Assembly (NCBI GenBank): GCA_024228115.1 | Contig: JAAETT010000177.1 | Span: 689 to 64,688 of the forward strand | Reading direction: 5' to 3' | Origin: a bacterium | GTDB taxonomy: Bacteria > Myxococcota_A > UBA9160 > UBA6930 | Length of the DNA stretch: 64,000 nucleotides | Shown here: in pieces, positions 39,001 through 48,000 of the stretch | Layout: each line of letters starts with the position of its first letter | How positions within the stretch are numbered: the stretch's first letter is position 1 | Notes under the pieces: model-generated | Told to the model about the DNA's origin: nothing | The model's input: the letters and a program-made list of their open reading frames with translations, nothing else | Database searches by the model: none | Program-made: the position numbers and the translations under genes

Positions 39001-42000
39001 CCTGGCCAGCGGCGAACCCGCTCGTCAGATCGGAGAGGTCGACCCGCTCGAAGTCGAGATCCGGCTCGCCGATCAGATCGTTCGCGACCAAGTCGGAGAG
39101 TCCCGCCAGCCCCGACGCGACGACCTTCTCCAGCGACAGGTTCTCGATGATCAGGTCGCCCAGATCCACGAGGCCGGCCACGATGAACTCGCGCAGCTCG
39201 ACGACACCAGCCTCGAGCCACGCCCCCAAGGCCGGAACCGGATCCGAGAAGTCATCGCGATCGATGAGCCCCGCACCCACCAGCTCCGCCAGCCGTACGA
39301 TCGGCGCTGCCTCCGGGAGAGAGCCATGCTGGTGAGCCGCCGGCTCCTCATCGTCGTGGCCACCCACGAGATCCACGAGCAGGACTTGATCCGCCAGGGT
39401 CTGCGCGAGTCCGGCCTCCTGAAGCTCGAGCAGCGTCGTCAGGCCGGCATCCTGCAGATCCTGGGCCGTCAGCGAAACGAGCAGCAGGTTGTCGACACCG
39501 ACCAGGTCGTTGACGATCAGATCCGTCAGATCCGTGAGCCCCGCATCGATCACATCGCCCACCGAGACCGATGACACCAGATCGAAATCGAAGCGAGAGA
39601 CCAGATCGGCGTCGAGCAGGGACTCGAGCCCGAGCGAGATCGCCTGAATCAGCTCCTGGACGCCGATCACAGTCTCTTCGGCGAAGTCGAGCACGGTGAC
39701 GACCGCGTCGTCCACCAAGCCCGACAGGTCCAATCCGAGATTCGCGACGAAGGCATCCAGGTCTCCGTCCGCGTCGATGTCCTCGAGGCTGATCGCGGTC
39801 GAAAGGTCCGCTTCGGTCCCGAGATTCAGTGCGAGTCCGAAGACCCCGTCCTCGTTCAGGTAGATCTGGTTGCGACCGAGCAGATTCGAAACGGCGAGGT
39901 CGAGGTCTCCGTCGCCGTCGACATCTCCGAGCGCTATGTCCGTCGTGAGGCTCTCATCGACCGGCACGATCAAGCTGAGATCGGTATCGGCGCGAAGCTG
40001 GCCGACCTCTAGCGCCGCCGCATCTCGGCCCGTATCCGTCGACAGGCCCGCATCGACCCAATACGCGCCCATGCGCGTTGCGACCTCGGCTTCGCTCAGC
40101 TGAAGCGCCTCGGTCGCGGTGATCAGCCCTGCCGTCACGACGTCTGTGACGGAGACGAGCTCTGCCTCGAGCAACGCCAGATTGACTGCCGTCTCGAGAT
40201 CCTCGAGCAGATCGGCAGCGGTCACGTTGTCCCGCATCACATCCGATGCCACGGTCACGTCGAGCGTTTGCGAGCCGGCCGCCGTCGCGACATCCAGCGC
40301 GAAGCTGAACTCGGAATCGAGCACGAAATCGCCTTCGAAGGCGCCGAGCACGCTGAACTGCGCGCCGATGACGTCCGCCGTCGCATCAGCGGATTCGAGC
40401 GCCTCGAACACGCGCGTCCCCGTTCGTGAGGCCACGGACAGCTCGAACGGTCGGAGGGAATCCCGCGCCTCGGCCACCTCGAAATTCTCGACGTCGCCGG
40501 CGAAGCGCAGCCCCGTGATGTCTTCGAAGCCCCCGAGACCCGCCACGAGTTTGACGCTCTGGGTCGCGTCGGTGAAGACGTCCTGCACGGAGATGGAGAC
40601 TGTGCCCTGCGGAAAGCCTGCTGCGACGAGCGCCGCGTCGATGGCGTGTTGGAGGTCGGCCTCCAGATCGGCCACGCCGAGATCGAGCTCCCGACCTCGC
40701 AAGTTCGCAGGACCCCCCTTTGGCGGGAGTCCGCGATTGTCGAAGGTGTCCGTGGGATCGATCTCGACCGAGACGACGACCTCGTCGCCGTCGAGCGTCG
40801 TCAACACCAGCGGCAGCGTGAACGAGCCCACCAAGGTGGCCCCGTCTCGCTCGGACGCAACAGCCGAAGCGGCCTCGTCGTTCGCATCGACCGAGGTGAG
40901 GAGGCTCGAGGTGCCAACGGAGAACTGAATCGGGCGGGTCGACACGTCGACCTCGCCTTCGTGCGCGAAATCGAGGCGGCCTTCGGTCGCGTACACCTCG
41001 GAAGAAACGACGACACCGTCTGCGTCCGCGACGACGTCGAAGTCCACGGGATCCACCCCCCGAACGAGCAGCTCGGCGTCCAGCACGGCACGGACATCGT
41101 CGACCAGGTCGGCCGCGCTGCTGTTGTCGGCCGTGTCCTCGGCCCGAACCCGAAGACGCAGCTCGCCGGTCCGCGCGCTGCTGCCGACCGTCTGTCCTTC
41201 GACGAAACCACCGATCTCGAAGGGTGCGAACGCAGGCACCGGGTCGTAGTCGAAGACGTCGTCGAGCACGGCGTCCGCAGCCTCTGCCACATCTTCCAGC
41301 ACTTCGGAAAGCGCGGTCTCGTTCGCCTGCTGGTAGAAGCGGTTCGCCTGCCCGAGGTTTCCCGAAATCACGTCGAGACGACCGTCGCCATCGATGTCTC
41401 CGACCGCGATCGACGTCGTTGCGTCGGGAATGACACCGCCGACGCCGCCTCCGAGGAAGCCGATCTCCTGACCGCTCTCGAAGAAGCTCGGCCCGTCCTC
41501 GCCATCGGCATCGACGGTCTCGTTCAGGTAGAGGCGGTTGAATTGGAGGAAGTTGCCCGCGATCAGATCCTGATCGCCATCGCCGTCGATGTCCGCAAGC
41601 GCGAGCGACGTCGTGAGCGTGTCTTCGGGAGCGATGACCTCGGAACGCCGCCCCACGTCGAACGAGAGGGCCTCATTCGTGTCGAACGCCGCGTCGATCG
41701 CGCCTGTCGGAAGCCCAGCGGCGGCCAGCGCATCGTCCAGCTGCGCTTCGAGATAGGCTTCGAGTTCGTCTGCGGTCGTGAAGCCCAGGGTCGCCGAGCG
41801 GTCGATCGTGACGGTCAACTCGGTCAGCGCACCCTGTGGATCGACCACGCCGATCGTGACGTCCGCAGGATCCGTGAGCTGCAGACCATCCGCCGACAAC
41901 CGCGCCTCGACCTGTTCGGCCGCGACCCGTCCCACGTCGGCCGTCTCGAAGGGCCCATTGAAGACTGGCGAGAAGCGGATCACATCGGTCCACGCCGGAA

Positions 42001-45000
42001 TCGGCTCTTCCCTATCCTCCGCGGGGGTCACGTACTGGGAGGGAGCATCCACTGCGAAACCGACGACCAGACTGCCCGCGGCGTACCCGCGGGCCACCAA
42101 TGCCGCATCGATGGCCGCCTGGAGATCGGCGACGACGTCGAGTCCATCTTCGTTATCGGCGAAGTCGGCGGCGTCGAGAGACACCTCGAAGGTCAGATCT
42201 CCTTCCGTCGGGCTCGTCGCCACGATCTCGAAGCTCAGGCCGGCCACCAGCTCGAAGCCGTCCCGCATCGATTCCACGAGCGAGGCCGCCGAGCCGTCTG
42301 TGTCCACCGCATCGAAGCGGAAGGCGTCGAAGCCTTCCCCTGCGTTGTACAGCAGATTGCGCTGGGTCTCGCTTTCGGCCTCGGCCGCGGAGGCCGAAAC
42401 CGAGAGAACGAAGTCGTCACTCGTCGCGTCGATCCGGACGTCGCCACCCGCCGTCAGCTCCGCTCCGGAGGCCACGTACGCGCGCACCCGGTTGTCGATG
42501 ATCCCCAGGTCGACCGCCGCGCCGAGCGAGAGCAAGCCGTCGTCGACATCGACATCACCGCCGGCGACCGAGAAGATCTCACTGCGGTGCTCGGCGATCG
42601 CGTCGACCTGGCCCGTCGCGCGAACGACAGTGCCTTCGCCGAAGAACGCCTCGCCGGAGTTCCCGATCAGGTTCAGGTTCGCGGCTCCAGCAGCGGCACT
42701 GCTGAACGCGGCTTCCGTGCCGCTGTCGGTGGAGGCGACCACGTCGAGATCCGACAGCGCACGCAACGACAGATCGCCATCGGCGGCCTCGAGGTCGGCA
42801 TGCTTCGTGAAGGCGCGGGTCGCCTTGCGCATCCGGTTCATCGCGAACGAGCCGCCGATCCCGACGTGCTCGGCGAAGACCACGGCCCCCGCGCCAGCGA
42901 CTAGCAGCGTCTCGTCGACGGCGTCGACGCGAATGGCATCCGCGACGACCTTCTGGCTGTCGCGAACGAAGGCCTGCGTGTCGCCGGTCAGGTTGTTGAT
43001 CGCGACATCGGCCGAGAACCCGAAACCGAAGGCCAACGGCCCGCTGACGGTCCCGAAGCCGTCACCCGGTGCCGCCATCAGGTTCAGGTATTCCCGGGAC
43101 GGATCATCGGCAGCGACCTCGCCGCCGGCGTTCGCGCCGGAGACCGACACCGACCAGAGCTCGGCGTCCGCATGCGCATCCAGGGTCAGGGCCCCCGCCG
43201 CACGAACGGACCCCGTCTCGCCCCCCGTCCCCTCGAAGATCAGATCGCCGATGAACGCGCGGGTCGTCGCGTCGACGTCGGTGACGGCCACCGAGGCACC
43301 GACGCCTGCGGTCTCGCCCACCGCGACACCGCCCGCCGTCGTCACGAAACGTGACGCGTCCTCGGCCACGACGGTCACGTCGCCAAGCGAGGTCACCCGT
43401 GCGCGGTCTTCGATCCACGCGAGCGCTTCCTGTCTGGAGGAAACGATCGAGATCGACCCCGCCAGGGCGATCTCGCCAGCCTCGCTGCCGGCTTGCGTCA
43501 GCGCGAGGACCTCGGAGAGGACCTTCGCGTCGACCACGATCTCCGCGCCGATCAGATCGACCCGATCGTCGATCCACGCCAGGGAGCGGTTGCCGAGGAA
43601 GACCCCGTTGAAGTACCCGCCGAAACTCCCTTCCGTTCCGCCGGCCGCGGCACTGACGGTGGCCCCGTCGATGCCCGCGAGGTTCACCATCTCGACGGTG
43701 GCATCGCTCGCAACCCGGACGGTGCCGACCCGCGGAAGCGCCCCGCTCCCGGGCGTCAGGTCTGCCTGGACGGCAGCGACTGCAGTCGACCCCGGCACGA
43801 ACCGGAAACGCCCGGCCCCGGCCTCGACGCCAATCGCGTCTGCCAGCCCGCCATGCTGCTGAGCGAAGGCATCGGAGATCGCGGTAGCGAGCCGCGAGGC
43901 GAACTGCCCGAAGGTCTCAACGCCGTCGAAGAAGTCCTGGGCCAGAAAGAGGTCGACCTCTAGCACGGCGCCAGCGGCCTCCGGAGGGAAGCTCGGGTGG
44001 TCGACGATTACATCGATCCGGAAGCCCCGCCCATCGGGGTTGGGTGCGAACTCGAACCCGCCAGCGGTCAACGCGTCCGCGATTCCGGCGGCGGCGTTCG
44101 GCAGGTCGATGTCGACGATCGTCGTTCCCGCTCCGAAGGCCGACGTGAACGGAGTGGCGTCGGCCACAACGAAGGAGAACAGATCGGAGAGGACCTCGAC
44201 GTCGCCCCCCGCCAACCCGGCATCGACCAACGCGGCATCGACGAGGCCCTGCAGTTCGCCGCGCACACCGGCCAGGCTGGCGCCTCCGCTGCCATCGCGG
44301 AGGATCTCGAACTCGACCGCGTCGCCGCCCGCGGCCGGTGATACCTCGAGACCGATCGCGCTGGCGCGCTGATTGATCTGGGCACCGGGCGCGATCGTCG
44401 CCGCCGCTACGTTGTCGAGCGAGAGCACGTTGACGCCGCCGGCGACGCCAACCGCCGCGCGATCGTCGAGACCTGCGGCCGACTCGACGAAAGTCGTCGC
44501 GCCGAGATCACCGTCGCCGAGCTGGGCTTGGAGGAACGAACCCAGCGGGTCGAGCGCGGCGTCGAGTTCGTCGGTGACGATCTCTCCGGTGCGATAGGCA
44601 TCATCGATCTGATCGGTGCCCGCCGACAAACCCACGCCCGGCAGATCGAGCTCTGGAACGAAGCTCTCGAGGATTGGACGAGGCACCTCCGCGGCCGCCT
44701 CGACATCGAGCGCCGTCCCCGCGTCGATGTAGGCGGCATGCCCCACCGAACTCGTCGCTTGGTTGTCGAAGCGGGACCACGCTACCGCGCCGCCCAGCGA
44801 GCCGAGGTCGGCGTTGCCGGCTCGCGCGCCAGCGGAGACCTGAATCGGGTCGGTCGCCGTGGCCCCGACCGCCACCGTGCCCGCGGCCACGATGTCCGCG
44901 CCGCCGCCGATCAGCGCGGCCGCGTGGTTCTCGCCACCGGCCAGACTCTGCGCGGAACCGAGATTGATGCCGACGTCGAACGCACCGTCGAGGTCGAGCG

Positions 45001-48000
45001 GCTCGACGCGATCGATCGCCTCGACCGCATCGCCGACGACCTCGACCTCGTCCACGACGTCGACCAACGACTCGAGATCGATGGAATTGAGGAAATCGAT
45101 GACCGCATTTACCGCGGGTTCGGCGATCGCGATCGCATCGATGCCTTCGTCCACCGCGCCGAAGCTGCGGGTCAGATTCTCGACGTTGATCGAGTCCGCG
45201 GCGATCGTGACATCACCCGGGGAACGCACCGTGCCAGCGAAGAAGGCCTCGACGATCGAATCGTAGTCACTGACAGCAACGGTCGAGCCGTAGCCCGCGC
45301 CGCCGCCGCCCGCGTAGCCTCCCGAGAGGGCTTGCGTGCGGAAGGTATTCGAACCCGTCGCCTCGGCGAACAGATTCGCGGCCTCGAACGAGGCGCCGGG
45401 CTTCACATCCAAGCGGGCCGCAGTGCGACCCTTGCCGTAGGCCACCGAGACGTTTGCGGCGTCTCCGCTCTCGCCGATCAGCGCAGAGTCCTGGCGATGA
45501 TTCGCGACTCGCGCGGCCGCGGCGCCGTCCGCGTCGACCGCGGCGAAGCTACCTGCCGTCCCGTTGACGAATTGGATCGCTCCCTCGGCACCTTCCTGGA
45601 CCGTGATCGCGTCGGCCACGCCGACCGCCAGGTCGACGGCGGCCTGAAGGTCGGCGATCAGGTCGGAGCTCTCGGCGTTGTCCAGCGTGGTGGTCGGGTC
45701 GACCTCGACCGAGAAGGTCTGAGCGTCGGCCACCAGGTCGAACGCGAAGGCGATGCTGCCCACACGCACCTCGACGTCGACCAGATTCGTGGCCGAGGCG
45801 ATCGTCGAGACGTCCCCGGCCGCTTCGACCGCGGCGCCCGCGTGAACGTGGATCTCTGCGGTCGGCGTCGAACTCCCGTAGGAGACGCCCAGGAATCGAC
45901 CGTTGGTCGTCAGGTCGGCGGACGAATCGGCGTCGGCCCGAATCACGACGTCGCCGTCCGCTCGAATCCGTGCTCCCTCGCGCACCGTCACGCGTGACAG
46001 CGAGGCCGACGAGATCGCCGCCGCGGCGCTCGACAACTCGAACAAACGACCCTCGTCGATGTCGAACTCCAGCTGCGCATCGAGCTGCGAATCGGGATCC
46101 CCGGACGTGTCCGCGAGCTTCGCGATCGACGCGGCCGTCGCGACGGTGACGTTCCCGCCGTAGAGCTGGGAGCCCGCGCCGAGGTCGATCAGCGAGGCCG
46201 TCAGATCGGTCAGGCCGAGCTGGAAGAAGTCGCCGTCCAGCGTCCACGTGAGATCGTCATCGCGCTCGGCCCGAAGCTCGAGGTCGCCGTCCGCGAACGC
46301 CCCATCGCCGTCGGCGCGAACCACGACGCCCGCTCCGAGCTGGATCGTCGGTGCGGCGAGCAGAATCTCACCCGAGGCACCGGTCGACCCCCCCAGCGCG
46401 TCCTCGAGGCGGCTGGAGATCGAGACCCCTTCGGCGACGAAGATGCCCTCGGTCGCCTGCAGCGTGAGGTCTCCGACGCCCAGCCCCCCCAGATCGCCGA
46501 CGATCGTGAGACGGCCCTGGACGGACAGGTCGAGGGTGTCACGCGTGGCGTCGCCATCACCGGAGACGGTGCCGAGGACGAAGTCGCCGGTCTCGACCCG
46601 GACCACGTCGCCGCTCAGCACCAGGTCGACGCCGTCGCCGAGGTCGGCGGGGATCAGCAGGTCGAAGCTCGTGGAGAGGTCCGGATACACGAACTCCGGA
46701 ACGACGCCTCCCGCGACCTTGTTGGGGTCGGTGGTCGCGTCGTCGCCCAGGTCCGGGAACGCGAGATCCGCGTTCTCCCAATCTCGGAAGAGCGAGCGGA
46801 ACGCGGGCCGCAAGAGATCGCTCTCCCACAGCGCGAAGTTCCCGCCGCCCTGTTCGAAGGCGAGATCGGACCAGGCCCCGCTCTCGACGTACCCGTCGAC
46901 GTCGTTCGCGAAGGCGAAATCGGCATCGCGCGAGAGCTCGACGAGAGTCGCCTCCCCTGTCTCCAGGGATACGATCCGGACGGGCCCCGCGACGACGAAG
47001 CCATCCCCGGCGTTGCTGATCTCGACCGCCAGCGAGCCCGTTGAGACGTCGAAACTGCCTAGGCTCTGGAAGGTAAGCTCGACCGTGCCGGTGTCGGAGA
47101 CCGGGACGTCCACCCGTTCACCGACGGGGAAGAAGCGCTGACTGATCGACGCGGTGCCCACCTCGGTGGTGCCGTCCAAGACGCGGTAGGGCACATCGGT
47201 CGCCGGGTCGATCTCGCCCCGCGTCGCCCAGGTGACTTGAACGTCGTACGCACCGGCTGACAGACCGTCGAACGTGACCCGGGTCGTGGAGCTTCCATCG
47301 CCCGGGGCGGCGAAGCGGTACTTCGCCGTCGTCGACGTCAGGTTGTCTTCGCGCCACACGTGATCGCGGTCGATCGACGTGAGCCAGGGGCTCTCGTCGG
47401 CGGGGCGTTGCTCCCGCCCCCCCTCCGACAGGGCCTCGAGAACGTTCGTCGACACGGTCTCGCCCGGGCGCTGAACGGTGGCCGTGAACACGTTCCCGCC
47501 GTGCGCGCCGTGGAGATTCAGCAGGCCGAAATCGTAGGACGGGAGGTCGACCCCTCCCGCGCCCGGCAACGTGATCGCCCCGTCGCCGTCGACATCGATC
47601 CCCAGAATCGACCCGCCGCCATCGGCCAGCCCGACCAGGTTGGTCATCAACCGGCTCAGTTCGCCTTCGACCTCGCCGCCACCGAGCGGGTCGGCTTCGT
47701 GCAAGAGCACGAGCTTGGCGAGCGTGACCGAGTTCCGGTACCCGGCGAACCGGTCCTTGTCGAACTCGACGTTGTCGTTGAGTCGCCCGGCGGCGTCGTC
47801 GTGGAACGCCAGACCCAGACCGGGGTTCTCCGCGACGATCTGCTCGAGTTCGTCGAGGCCGCTCTGCACGTCGGTCCCGGTGAGGGCGTCGAGGGTGTCG
47901 ACGACCGGGCCCACCACGTCGTCGAAGGGAACCGCTCGCGACGCTCCTTCGATGCCGAGGATTTCGTCGAGACGCTCGCGATCTCCCTCCTCGAAGATCG

